64,000 bases of DNA from Candidatus Thorarchaeota archaeon (GCA_048884965.1 JBHLQH010000004.1:1-64000); one strand, 5' to 3'. Positions 1-9,824 are shown, counted from the first letter of the stretch. Translations and numbers: made by a program. The notes: a model not told the origin generated them from the letters alone.

Positions 1-518
1 TTTATTATTTCGTAGGAAAATTCTAATGGACACAGTCCGCTTGCTGTTATTAGATTGTCGTCAACAACCACTGGTTGTTCTAAATAATTATTAGCTCCTG
101 AATATTCAGAGGCAAACATCTCTAGAAATCCTTTACCATTGCTGGTATGTTTTCTGCCATCTAATACCCCTTTTTTTGCTAGAGCAACAGTAGCTCCGCA
201 AATTGCCCCAACTATAATATTTCGAGTTAAAAGGTCAGGAACAATATCGATTACTTTTTTATTATTATCTTCTTCCCAGGTGTCAGCCCCAGGTAAAATC
301 AAAATATCTCCCTCATTAAATTCAATATTATCAATACATTCATCTGGAGTAATACTAATTCCTCCCATTGTTTTTGCGGACTCAGTAGTATTTCCAATTT
401 TGATTAACTCTATAGGTGGCTTTGTTTTATCAAAATATCTACCGCTGTTCAATTCAGAGGTAATATATGCAATTTCCCAATCTGCCAATGTGTTTAGTAT
501 GTATAAGTATGCTTTCAT
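1..518 (-). CDS. DJ-1/PfpI (type 1 glutamine amidotransferase-like, YdeA-type) protein, 3' end runs off window
   Basis: Manual translation from ATG at 518 (missed by ORF track): MKAYLYILNTLADWEIAY...ILILPGADTW...GAICGAT...HTSN...NLITASG. SD-like AGGAGA upstream. Confidence 0.85.
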   Translation of the reverse strand, partial: MKAYLYILNTLADWEIAYITSELNSGRYFDKTKPPIELIKIGNTTESAKTMGGISITPDECIDNIEFNEGDILILPGADTWEEDNNKKVIDIVPDLLTRNIIVGAICGATVALAKKGVLDGRKHTSNGKGFLEMFASEYSGANNYLEQPVVVDDNLITASGLCPLEFSYEII

Positions 519-550
519 TTTATTATCTCCTTTTCACGCTCCATCTGATA

Positions 551-1240
551 TTATTGGCTTAAGGATGCCAAGACCTCTTGATTGAAACCCTTGACTATCA
601 GCCAGACTCCTATTGCTATTTCGAAGAAGAGGGTAGGAAGCTCTAGGAACAAGGAGATGTCAGTGATTCCAAATAGTGTAAGGAATGAACCTGCAAATCC
701 CAGTAGAGTGACAATGACTCCAAACACTCCAAGCCACCTAGGAACCAATCTAGTTCTGAAGAAGATGTAGCAATACATGAAAGCTCCAGCATTAAACGCA
801 AACGTCGCAAGGACCCCTGTCATCTCATTCATACTGAGATAGGTGTGGGCTAAAATTGGATAGGTCGTATCAACAGGAGATCCAGCTGCAACATATGCGT
901 TGCTTACAATAAGCACTGCAATGAACAATAGGGAACCAACACTAAAGAGAGCGGTCTCTATCAGACGAAAACCTACAGCAGAAAGAGCAATTGACTCATT
1001 ATACTTCTTGAGAACTGGATACAGAAATATCGCAATGTTGGCAGTGAAGAGAGCCATAGAGAAGAATAGTAGTGAACCAATTAGAATACCTGTCTCATTC
1101 TGAGAGAAGAATGCTACATTTGTCTCCACTTGTTGATAATCGCCTAGAAGGATGGCGCCTACTATTCCCACTACTATTGCTAGTAGCCACATTAATCCTG
1201 CAACTTGTGCATTAAGTTTGTATGATTCGGTTTTACTCAT
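551..1240 (-). CDS. DUF4386-family multi-pass membrane protein
   Basis: Hydrophobic 229 aa with LYPVLKKYNE..AL...FRLIE, LVPRWLGVFG and FFEIAIGVWLIVKGF motifs. Confidence 0.75.
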   Translation of the reverse strand: MSKTESYKLNAQVAGLMWLLAIVVGIVGAILLGDYQQVETNVAFFSQNETGILIGSLLFFSMALFTANIAIFLYPVLKKYNESIALSAVGFRLIETALFSVGSLLFIAVLIVSNAYVAAGSPVDTTYPILAHTYLSMNEMTGVLATFAFNAGAFMYCYIFFRTRLVPRWLGVFGVIVTLLGFAGSFLTLFGITDISLFLELPTLFFEIAIGVWLIVKGFNQEVLASLSQ

Positions 1241-1279
1241 TTGAACACCTCATATAGTATACTTTCTTTTCGAACTATC

Positions 1280-1729
1280 TTACGCAACCTCTCTTGGCCA
1301 CTTGAAGGCAAACCATACAATTAGTACCAAGCATAGCAATTCGATACTGGCAAGTACGATGTAATAGCCTGTTATTGTATTAAGGAGTGTAGCTCCAAGT
1401 ACAATTATGTATACTACTCCTACGACGATGTTTAGTGGACGATTCACCTTGGGCATCAACATGAGGGATAGGAACACCATTACAATCGGGATTACCATAA
1501 GTACCGCCATGGCGAGTAGCATCTCTTGAGTCAGAGGTACACCAGCAATTTCACCAGTGAGTATCTCAGCCAAGTTGCCGGGAGAATAAAATCCCAGAAC
1601 ATCTGCATATGAATAACAGAACATCAGAGTGATCCATAGGGCAGAGAGCTTGATCTTCACGTTTACTTTCAAATCTTCAAGTTTCTTTGAACTCATTCTT
1701 AGTTTCTCCATTTCACGCTTCATCCACAT
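1280..1729 (-). CDS. DUF6326-family membrane protein (start may be slightly downstream)
   Basis: KIKLSALW..LMFCYSYADVLGFY.PG, NRPLNIVVG and terminal W..FKWP motifs. Confidence 0.7.
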   Translation of the reverse strand: MWMKREMEKLRMSSKKLEDLKVNVKIKLSALWITLMFCYSYADVLGFYSPGNLAEILTGEIAGVPLTQEMLLAMAVLMVIPIVMVFLSLMLMPKVNRPLNIVVGVVYIIVLGATLLNTITGYYIVLASIELLCLVLIVWFAFKWPREVA

Positions 1730-1746
1730 ATGCAGATGAGGACGAG

Positions 1747-1805
1747 TACAATATTATACAATATCATATAAAAAGTTTTACATAGTGTTCATAATTATAC
1801 AATAT
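1747..1805. promoter_or_regulatory. AT-rich divergent promoter with direct repeat ATTATACAATAT, candidate TetR operator
   Basis: ATTATACAATAT at 1753-1764 and 1794-1805, between DUF6326 (-) and TetR (+). Confidence 0.4.
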
Positions 1806-1864
1806 GTTAGATATTGATATTAATGTATAAATTTATAAGCCGTGTGGATAAATGACATTGTGAG

Positions 1865-2617
1865 ATGACGCAGAAAAAGAAAACAGAACAGAAGACCAAG
1901 ATGCTGCGGGTCAGGAAGAAGGAAAGGACCAGACAGGCGATTCTGACAGCCGCGGAGAAGTTCTTCTCAGAAAAGTCATACGACGAGGTAATTCTGGAGG
2001 AAATAGCTGATGCGGCGTTTGTCAGTCGAACAACATTATACAACTATTTCAAGAATAAGGATGCTATCTTCTTTGGGCTTGGCATCGAGAAGTTCGAAGA
2101 ATTGACCAATCGATATGGCGAGAGGTATTCTGACAAAGCATCAGGAATTGAGCAAGTTTTTGATTTATGCGACATTGATTTCAACTCAGCTCTGCATAAT
2201 CCTTGTATGCATACTATTATTCGAGAATTTTACAAGCGCATACAGTATCGCAAAATATCTCTCGAGAAAATAGATACCAAAATAGCCCAACTCAGAGAGA
2301 AAGGACTTAGGATGAAAACTCCTCTACAAGAAGTACTACGAAAGAACTTCGAAGAGCCCTACTTGATCGAGTTCTATATTGCACTGCAAAGACATACCCT
2401 GCTTTGGACTAATGCGATCAAAAAGGGAAAATCAGATGGAACAATTACCAATAACCTAAACGCGGACCAGATTGTCGAATTCATATACATGTTATTGATG
2501 GGGATTGAAGAAGAAATGATGCTTCGATCATCAACTCTTTCGAGGATTGGTCTTGAAAACACGATTACAACAAAGTATGTCATGATGCTAGTCCGAGCGT
2601 TTCTAGTAGCTCAGTAA
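1865..2617 (+). CDS. TetR/AcrR family transcriptional regulator
   Basis: RKKERTRQAILTAA..FF.EKSY....LEEIADAAFVSRTTLYNYFKNK HTH. Confidence 0.92.
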   Translation: MTQKKKTEQKTKMLRVRKKERTRQAILTAAEKFFSEKSYDEVILEEIADAAFVSRTTLYNYFKNKDAIFFGLGIEKFEELTNRYGERYSDKASGIEQVFDLCDIDFNSALHNPCMHTIIREFYKRIQYRKISLEKIDTKIAQLREKGLRMKTPLQEVLRKNFEEPYLIEFYIALQRHTLLWTNAIKKGKSDGTITNNLNADQIVEFIYMLLMGIEEEMMLRSSTLSRIGLENTITTKYVMMLVRAFLVAQ

Positions 2618-2716
2618 AGCAATTCGATCCAATTTTTTTGTATCTATCGAAGCTGAAAATCCCCAAGTATTATATTGCTACATTTGTTCTAAATCAAGAA
2701 GAGGGAAAGATCATCA

Positions 2717-3550
2717 ATGAGTCAGGGATTAGCTTTGGATAGAGTTGGGTGTGCAAGGAATGCAGGGATCTTCATCCTGCTTAGGATTCTAATTGGTTCA
2801 TTGATCTTTCTCTCAATGGGAACGCTATTCTATCTACCCACAGAGTCGATGCTCCCTGCAATCGGGTCCATCAAAGCAAATGTGCTGCTCTTCATCCTAG
2901 TAGTAATAGCGCTTATCCCATTGTCATTCTTTAGCTTGGTCTTTGGAATACCTCTCAGCAATGCGCTCGCATCTGTAAACAAAAAATACTCATTCTATGC
3001 ATCACGAGTGAGAGTACTTGAAGCTTTGATTTTCATAACAGGGCTGGTATTGCTAGTTGCAGAGATACCACTATTCTACCACGTCATGCTGTTTGGTATG
3101 ATCCTCTATGGAGTTCATCTAATAATAGTTGGTTACTTGGTTTTCATTTCCGGCTTTCTGAACAGGATTTCGGGTATACTTCTCATCATTGGAGGTGCTG
3201 CAGGATACCTTCTTGGAAGTCTTATCGGTTTCATTGAGCCAACCTTGATCCTGTTCTCAGCTATTGGCATTGCGCTTGCAATCATCTCCGAGGTGATCCT
3301 TGCCATTAGTCTAATTATCACTGCGAAAAGAACTACGTTTGGAGACCCTGATTCAAGGTCTCGAGTAAGAATGATTTTGAAGAAGTTGGGTGAAGCAACA
3401 ACAGCGGAGATAGTTGCTGAGGCTACAAAGGATTCAGATGAATGCAAGGATCGAGCTCCGAGAACTTTGAGAGAAATGGAACTAGAGAATGAGGTCACCA
3501 AAAGATTCTCAAAAGAGAAGAAGGGATACGTTTGGTCGTTGGTTAGCTAG
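2717..3550 (+). CDS. DUF4386-like membrane protein with C-terminal winged-helix-like domain
   Basis: About 200 hydrophobic aa (SRVRVLEA, GYLVFISGFLNRISGILL) followed by a soluble RVRMILKKLGEATTAEIV...RTLREME..NEVTKR....GYVWSL segment. Confidence 0.6.
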   Translation: MSQGLALDRVGCARNAGIFILLRILIGSLIFLSMGTLFYLPTESMLPAIGSIKANVLLFILVVIALIPLSFFSLVFGIPLSNALASVNKKYSFYASRVRVLEALIFITGLVLLVAEIPLFYHVMLFGMILYGVHLIIVGYLVFISGFLNRISGILLIIGGAAGYLLGSLIGFIEPTLILFSAIGIALAIISEVILAISLIITAKRTTFGDPDSRSRVRMILKKLGEATTAEIVAEATKDSDECKDRAPRTLREMELENEVTKRFSKEKKGYVWSLVS

Positions 3551-3648
3551 ATTTGCTCAAGAAACCTGCTCATCAAATCCAATTTTGTCTGTCCAAACTG
3601 AGTTAATATGCATCGGAATACATTAGTTAGTAATTTGAGGTTTTAACC

Positions 3649-4413
3649 ATGGGTCAAGATTTTGAGAAACTTCGGAAAGAAGTCATCGAAAAGATGAACA
3701 AAGGAAAATCTGGCGATGTCGGAAATGAGTTGAGAAAAGTATTCGAAAAAATCGATCCTTCCGAGTTCCAGATGTTTGGTGAGATCATGAAGGAGGCTAT
3801 TTTGATCGATCCTGCATTGTTCTCAGAAAAGGCATACATCCTCTTTGACAAGATGATGCGTGCAAGAAAAGGAGACAAGTTGGCTGAATTCGAACGATTC
3901 TTCGTCCAGAACTTTTGCAAGATACCAGGAGAAGAATTCCATGTTATTTGCGACGGATGGGTTGAGACAGGCAAGTCCGTAATTAAGGGACAAGTCTTCG
4001 TTTCAGACCATCGTGTCATTGCTACTGGAGTTCAAGAAGCTAAAGCTGCACGAGTAAGCGGCGGAGGTGTCTTCGCATTTCTCAGCTTAGTCCAACTTGG
4101 TAGCTATATGTACAACAAATCCATCATGGAACAGATCACCAAGGGAATAACTGATAGCGGATACCAGATGGTAAACTATGGAGTTCTGTATCCCATCAAA
4201 GGTGGCTACGAAGTAGAACAAGAAGCTAAAGGCTTCAGAGCAAAACAGGCAGATCGTGTCAATTACAAGGTTGATGTGCCGTACTCAGATAAGAAGGGCA
4301 ACCCACAGGTTGCTGATATCGATGTATCGATTGTAGTTAACATAAAAGACCCTGAAATCCAAGCCAAGCTCGATAAGATAGAGTCAATAGTTCGTGCTCA
4401 TGCTAAGGCATAG
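3649..4413 (+). CDS. Hypothetical protein with GRAM/PH-like central domain
   Basis: FCKIPGEEFHVICDG...KGQVFVSDHRVIA pattern. Confidence 0.5.
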   Translation: MGQDFEKLRKEVIEKMNKGKSGDVGNELRKVFEKIDPSEFQMFGEIMKEAILIDPALFSEKAYILFDKMMRARKGDKLAEFERFFVQNFCKIPGEEFHVICDGWVETGKSVIKGQVFVSDHRVIATGVQEAKAARVSGGGVFAFLSLVQLGSYMYNKSIMEQITKGITDSGYQMVNYGVLYPIKGGYEVEQEAKGFRAKQADRVNYKVDVPYSDKKGNPQVADIDVSIVVNIKDPEIQAKLDKIESIVRAHAKA

Positions 4414-4431
4414 AGTTTCTACGGAATTAGT

Positions 4432-4468
4432 TCGAACATGTATACTCTTTCAGGAGATACATGTTCTG
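4432..4468. terminator. Stem-loop between convergent genes
   Basis: GAACATGTAT...ATACATGTTC inverted repeat. Confidence 0.5.
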
Positions 4469-4561
4469 AATTCCATTTTTCTGAATCGTTCTGCAGGGTT
4501 GCTCAGACCTTATGAATTCCTCGAAAGTATGAATGGATTTTCTTGAGATCTGGTGCATTCT

Positions 4562-5539
4562 CTATAGAAATTTCGCCATGGATATGCTTTCTCGAATTTT
4601 CTTGAATCCAAGCTGTTCTATCTTCGCTATGGTATCTCCACGATGCATTGAGCAATTGATAGATGCTACATTCAGTCCCCGGATTTCTGATTCAATCTTC
4701 AAAATCCTTGGGATCACTTCGATAAGCATCTCGTTGTGCTTCTCAAGTAGAATTGGAGACGATAAGCTGATCTTAGCTTCGACATTAGATTGAGCTGCTT
4801 GAATGAAACCTTTCGGCTTTTCTTCGCCATTAGCATAGAATGCATAGGTGTTTATGGATTGACCTGCGAGTTGGCGAGCAAAGAAACGAATAGCTCTCGA
4901 AGGAACAAAATCCTTGACGAATTTCTCCCGACCCTTGATTTCTAGATGTGCTGCTGGAAAGCAATCATCCAACATATGACCAACTTCCTCGAAAGAAATC
5001 TTACTTATCTCGCGAATGATCAAGCTCTCGGAAGAATCCGTATCGAGAGCATTGAAAGAATCTGAGTCAAAGAGACCAGTATGATAGGTTGTTTCAAACC
5101 CCTCGGACTTGTAGAGACTCACTGCGTTAGTATTATCGGCTCTTGCTCCTAATCCTACTCTCTTGATTTGTTTCTCATGAGCGATTTGAAATGATATCCG
5201 AAGTAGTTCCCGCGCAAAGCCTTGCCGTCTATACTCAGGAAGAGTCATTAGATTTCCAACATAGACTTCATCCTTCTCTACACCAAGTTGGATTCCACTA
5301 GCAATCTTACCATCCTGAGTTCCTAAGTAGAACTCCATGTTCATTCCAAGTGCCTTTGTGATAATCTTGTAGAGAGGACTTTGAACTTTTTTCATAAGTC
5401 TTCGAATTTCATCCTCGTCAAGTCGATCTTCTTCTAAACTGTTCCTGAATGATATTTGCATCATTGTAACGAATTCGTCCATCTCGTCAGGTCGCATCCT
5501 GCGAATCTCACGAATTGAACTGCTATCTATTAATGTCAT
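4562..5539 (-). CDS. GNAT family N-acetyltransferase (tandem GNAT fold)
   Basis: PEYRRQGFARELL acetyl-CoA motif A; NTNAVSLYKSEGF; degenerate second domain ending IEQLGFKKI. Confidence 0.85.
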   Translation of the reverse strand: MTLIDSSSIREIRRMRPDEMDEFVTMMQISFRNSLEEDRLDEDEIRRLMKKVQSPLYKIITKALGMNMEFYLGTQDGKIASGIQLGVEKDEVYVGNLMTLPEYRRQGFARELLRISFQIAHEKQIKRVGLGARADNTNAVSLYKSEGFETTYHTGLFDSDSFNALDTDSSESLIIREISKISFEEVGHMLDDCFPAAHLEIKGREKFVKDFVPSRAIRFFARQLAGQSINTYAFYANGEEKPKGFIQAAQSNVEAKISLSSPILLEKHNEMLIEVIPRILKIESEIRGLNVASINCSMHRGDTIAKIEQLGFKKIRESISMAKFL

Positions 5540-5615
5540 AATGATCTACTCTAGATTGGTCACAATATATCTTGATACTGGGAAAAAGTGACCATAAAGA
5601 TGGTCACCTACGCAG

Positions 5616-6911
5616 CTAGGTAGCTTTGCTAGCGCTGATGTAGGATTTCTTGATTGTCTTTACAATGAGAAACTCAGGTCTTCGCTCATCATCCCAATAG
5701 GCGGTTCTTGGAAAGCGTTCTACTATTTCCTTCGGGATTTTTGGTTCGCTCATTTCAAGTATAATCAGATCATTCTTTGCCAGTTCATTAAAGTACGAGC
5801 TGATAGTTCTCTGAAAATGAAGACCGTAAGTTTGCGGGGGAAGTACATCTCCACCAAGATCGAAAAGAACAGGGCGTTCATCATAATAGTCCAATATGAC
5901 ACGTAGGCTATCTTCATTTCTCTCGCTGTCTGGAGGGACTCTGACACCTGTAGTTGCAGGGAACGAGAAGGCTGGATGAAGGATACTGAACACAAAGACA
6001 CCTTCTTCTTTTAGAGCATGTGAAACTTGTTTGATGACTGTCTGGTAGTTCTCAATATCCATGAGAGCCATATTGCATACTATCTTGTCAAATGGACCAT
6101 CAAGATGCTTTGATAGTTCTTCAGCATTGAGTTGCATATAGGAGATTCCCAAAGGCTCCTTTCTTTCTTCTTCAATTGCAAAATCAAGCATCTTCGAAAT
6201 ATCAATCCCTGTGACCTTAGCCCCATCTCGAGCTAGGTGTCTTGCAACATCACCTTTGCCACAGGCCACATCTAGAACCCTTTCATCATTCTTAACATCG
6301 AGCATGCGATAAACCTCAGGCAAAATCCTGTATTTGTGATGATAGTTTTCTTCCTCTACTGTTAGCCAGTGCGGAGCCATCGCATCCCAAGTAGATTTAG
6401 GATCGTGTTCTTCAAGTGATTCAAGTCTCTTGCTGAAGAAGCGTTTTCCCAGAGAGCGGATTCGTTCTACCCCCCATGCCAGGTGTGGGAATTCCTGTGG
6501 ACGGAATTCGGAATTTGAATCTGGTTTCCAAATCGCAACTTCATCATCTGGGAGAAGAGCACCTGTTTGGTAAGGGTGTATTCCTCTGTACTCTGCGAAA
6601 TCCAGTGCAGGGATGAGCTTTCCGCAAGAATGACAGGGAATATCATAATAGTAGTCATAGACCAAGAATTCCTTCCGAATCATCTTCTCTTCCGCACAGT
6701 CCACGCATGTGAATACCTGACAAACAGGACACCAAGATATTCCACCGAAATGAACCTCTCTGCCACATTTGCCACATTGATATTTCCAGTGTATTTCACA
6801 CCTCGGTGTGAATGACAGAACATCATTAGTTGCTGGATTCACTTGATATTCATGAACTACTTTCGTATATTCAGAGCAATAGAAGCATGCAACCTCATGT
6901 GAAGAAGTCAT
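5616..6911 (-). CDS. Class I SAM-dependent methyltransferase with N-terminal multi-Cys Zn-finger domain
   Basis: VLDVACGKG, TGIDIS, FDKIVCNMALMDI, LKEEGVFVFSILHP; five CxxC plus one CxxH in the first 96 aa. Confidence 0.85.
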   Translation of the reverse strand: MTSSHEVACFYCSEYTKVVHEYQVNPATNDVLSFTPRCEIHWKYQCGKCGREVHFGGISWCPVCQVFTCVDCAEEKMIRKEFLVYDYYYDIPCHSCGKLIPALDFAEYRGIHPYQTGALLPDDEVAIWKPDSNSEFRPQEFPHLAWGVERIRSLGKRFFSKRLESLEEHDPKSTWDAMAPHWLTVEEENYHHKYRILPEVYRMLDVKNDERVLDVACGKGDVARHLARDGAKVTGIDISKMLDFAIEEERKEPLGISYMQLNAEELSKHLDGPFDKIVCNMALMDIENYQTVIKQVSHALKEEGVFVFSILHPAFSFPATTGVRVPPDSERNEDSLRVILDYYDERPVLFDLGGDVLPPQTYGLHFQRTISSYFNELAKNDLIILEMSEPKIPKEIVERFPRTAYWDDERRPEFLIVKTIKKSYISASKAT

Positions 6912-7019
6912 AGGTAATCTCCCCCAATCATTGATTGAATGACATAGGATACTGAACTTCGTGATAAGTGTTTCATTGAACCTCTATCGAAATGCATCAT
7001 AGCACGTCAATTAGTCTGG

Positions 7020-7589
7020 TCACATCTTTGATAGAACGCCATATCTCTCAATGAAATCTGATTTGATGATGTCCATAATGACTGTGTCATCACGTTTGCC
7101 ATCAATGAACGCAGCTTCTCTAAGATGTCCCACTAATGAAAATCCAAACTTCTCGTAGAACTGTATTGCCTGATTATTGAATCGATAGACGTAGAGACAT
7201 ACATTATGGAGTCCGATGATATTGAAAGCGAAATCGAGTAGCAGTCGCATGGCGTCCTTGCCATATCCTTTTCGTCGGTTCTCCCTATCAAAGATAACAA
7301 AATTGTCTACCATACCTGTACTATTAATCCAGTTGATGTTTGACAAGTCAATAAATCCCACAAGATTACTATCTACCTTATCCTCAATTCCAAATGTGAA
7401 GACCCATCGACCTGCAAAACCTTGATTCCTTGATGCAATGAATTCCTGTATCTCACTGAGTGTTTTTGGGAATGGATTCGGGAAGTATTGCCTGAGCTGG
7501 TAATCATTCCAGAAATCAACTATGACATCTGCATCTGCTGGTTCAAGACGTCTTAGACTAACAACTTCTCCTTCATACATCAAAATCAA
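7020..7589 (-). CDS. RimJ/RimL-type GNAT acetyltransferase
   Basis: RRKGYGKDAM.LLLDFAF..GLHNV.L.V...N..AIQFYEKFGF...G.LRE. Confidence 0.9.
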   Translation of the reverse strand: MILMYEGEVVSLRRLEPADADVIVDFWNDYQLRQYFPNPFPKTLSEIQEFIASRNQGFAGRWVFTFGIEDKVDSNLVGFIDLSNINWINSTGMVDNFVIFDRENRRKGYGKDAMRLLLDFAFNIIGLHNVCLYVYRFNNQAIQFYEKFGFSLVGHLREAAFIDGKRDDTVIMDIIKSDFIERYGVLSKM

Positions 7590-7646
7590 TCAACACCAGG
7601 TCTATCGAATTTTAACTATTTAGATACACGCTGGTTTGAAAATGAT

Positions 7647-8816
7647 TTAGCCTAGAACACGTGTGAAACCAGGTATCATTCTGATCAGAGCACTTAGTCC
7701 AAAGATCAATGGCACTGCAATAATTGCAACAATGACAGCCTTCAACAGAGCTGGTGCAATGATTGGCAAAAACAGAATTTGAAGTTCTACTAGCACAATT
7801 GCATGAATTATGTACACAGTGTAGACACTGCCACCCATATTGTTCAAGATTCTGTTACTTCTATTCAATCTAGTTTTGAAAACATATAGAGTGCCAATGG
7901 AGATTGAGAGCAATGCAAAAGTTTCCCAGAAAGAATAGATGAAGGACTGGATAGTCAATCCTCCGAAGAATGGAGTGATATCTGGACTGCTCAAATCAAT
8001 CATTGAAAGCAACCCGATTGGTAGCATAATAACAGCTAGAACAGCCACGCCCATCCATCTCTTGGCTTGAGAACCTTCTAGTTTGTCAAACCACTTTCCA
8101 TTGTATGCTACAATGCCTATCCAGAACATAAAGGCATAATGTGTGAAGTGCCCGAATTGCATATTGAAGAAGAATGTGAATCCGATAGGACTAACTATTC
8201 GGATCAAGAACGTGATAATCGCTATAACCAAGATAGTTCCGAGAATCATCTTATCTTTGGGAAATGGCTTTGATTCATCACCTTTCCCTGCAGTTCGTAT
8301 GCTTTTGTATAGAATGTAGAATCCAGCAAAGATAAGTAATGCAAGGATGAACCACAGATGATCCACACCAATGCTTAGGGTGTTAATACGATTTGTAATG
8401 ACCTCCTCAAAAGTCCAGCCTTGACCATAGGCATAGTTTATTGTAATGTATTCTGTAATGGGTGATAATAATGCTGTATAAACCATGAGAGGTATCCCTA
8501 ATCGGACTAATCTGTCTTTTGAGAAACTTTTGTTTCCTTTCTTTTCAAAGGATCTTGGTGTAAAGTATCCTGCTAGAAGAAAGAAGAAGGCCATGAAATA
8601 TGATTGATTAATAACATTGAACAGTGTGAAAAGAATGACAGTCAAATCGTCAATTGGGTAGAAGCTGCTCTCATTTACCCACCATCCACCAGAACCCCCA
8701 TAACCAATGGTTATATGATGCAGAATGACAAGTACAGTCAAGTAGATTCGAATATTGTCAATATAGAAGATCCTTGATTTCTGAGATTCTGGACCTGATT
8801 CTTTAATCTCTGTCAT
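7647..8816 (-). CDS. Acyltransferase 3 family (OpgC/MdoC-like) membrane acyltransferase
   Basis: RIFYIDNIR..LT.LVILHH, FMAFFFLLAGYF, DRLVRLGIP, HLWFI, YTVYIIH. Confidence 0.9.
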   Translation of the reverse strand: MTEIKESGPESQKSRIFYIDNIRIYLTVLVILHHITIGYGGSGGWWVNESSFYPIDDLTVILFTLFNVINQSYFMAFFFLLAGYFTPRSFEKKGNKSFSKDRLVRLGIPLMVYTALLSPITEYITINYAYGQGWTFEEVITNRINTLSIGVDHLWFILALLIFAGFYILYKSIRTAGKGDESKPFPKDKMILGTILVIAIITFLIRIVSPIGFTFFFNMQFGHFTHYAFMFWIGIVAYNGKWFDKLEGSQAKRWMGVAVLAVIMLPIGLLSMIDLSSPDITPFFGGLTIQSFIYSFWETFALLSISIGTLYVFKTRLNRSNRILNNMGGSVYTVYIIHAIVLVELQILFLPIIAPALLKAVIVAIIAVPLIFGLSALIRMIPGFTRVLG

Positions 8817-8837
8817 TAATCTCTCCTCTGACCCTGT

Positions 8838-9824
8838 TTATGCGTTCATTGTGACTACCAACTTACCCAAGGCCTGTCCATTCTCAAGACGAGTCAAAGC
8901 TTCAGGAATCTCACTTAGAGAATACACCTTGTCGATGATAGGTTTGACATGACCTTCATCAAAGAGCTGTTCCAAGAAACTCATATCTTCTGCATTATAG
9001 GGTCTACCCCATAGATTGAGACCCAGATGTCGGCTATCACGCCTAGAGATAATAGGTCCGATAAATGCGGCTTCGAAGATTGCACGTCTGGATCCACCAA
9101 CCATCACGTATAGTCCATCAGGATTCAAGACACCCTTGCATTTACGCAGAGATCTCTTAGCAACAGTGTCAAGGACGATATCATAGGTTTCGCCAATCTT
9201 GGTGAAATCCTCTTGAGCATAATCAATTACGTTGTCAGCACCGATTGTACGGAGCATATCCAATTTCATAGCACTGTCAACAGCAGTAACTTCGGCTCCG
9301 TAGTATTTTGCGATCTGCACAGCAAATGTTCCCATTCCTCCACCTGCACCATTGATTAGGACCTTGTCGCCAGGCTCAATTTGTCTTTTGTCACGAAGAC
9401 ATTGAATGACTACGATGGCAGCATGAGGATATGCTGCCGCTTGTTCAAAAGTCATGTTCGGAGATTTATGAGTCAAGACATCCACTGGAGCACATACATA
9501 CTCTGCCCATGCACCCTTCCCAGAGTAAAATAGATCCCCTACTATCGCATCACCCGGTAGGAAATTGGAAACAGCACTGCCCACAGTTACAATGACTCCA
9601 GCGACATCGGAGCCAGGTATTCTTTGTCCAGGTCTCCTGAGTCCAGTAAATCGAGCTGTCCATGCGCCTCTTAGGATCTCAAAATCAGCGGCATTCAGAG
9701 ATGATGCGTGTACCTTGATTAAAACCTCGTTGGCCTTAGGATATGGTTGCTCTACTTCCAAGTATTGAAGACTCTCAGGAGACCCGTATCTGTCGCTCAC
9801 AATAGCTTTCATTGTGCTCCTCAC
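8838..9824 (-). CDS. Zn-independent MDR NAD(P)-dependent oxidoreductase (paralog 1)
   Basis: MKAIV..YGSP, PGSDVAG, NGAGGGMG, KPIIDKVY, GKLVV. Confidence 0.9.
   Translation of the reverse strand: MRSTMKAIVSDRYGSPESLQYLEVEQPYPKANEVLIKVHASSLNAADFEILRGAWTARFTGLRRPGQRIPGSDVAGVIVTVGSAVSNFLPGDAIVGDLFYSGKGAWAEYVCAPVDVLTHKSPNMTFEQAAAYPHAAIVVIQCLRDKRQIEPGDKVLINGAGGGMGTFAVQIAKYYGAEVTAVDSAMKLDMLRTIGADNVIDYAQEDFTKIGETYDIVLDTVAKRSLRKCKGVLNPDGLYVMVGGSRRAIFEAAFIGPIISRRDSRHLGLNLWGRPYNAEDMSFLEQLFDEGHVKPIIDKVYSLSEIPEALTRLENGQALGKLVVTMNA

Noticed and set aside
139-585. 148-aa plus-strand ORF
   Set aside because: Antisense shadow of the DJ-1/PfpI gene on the minus strand.
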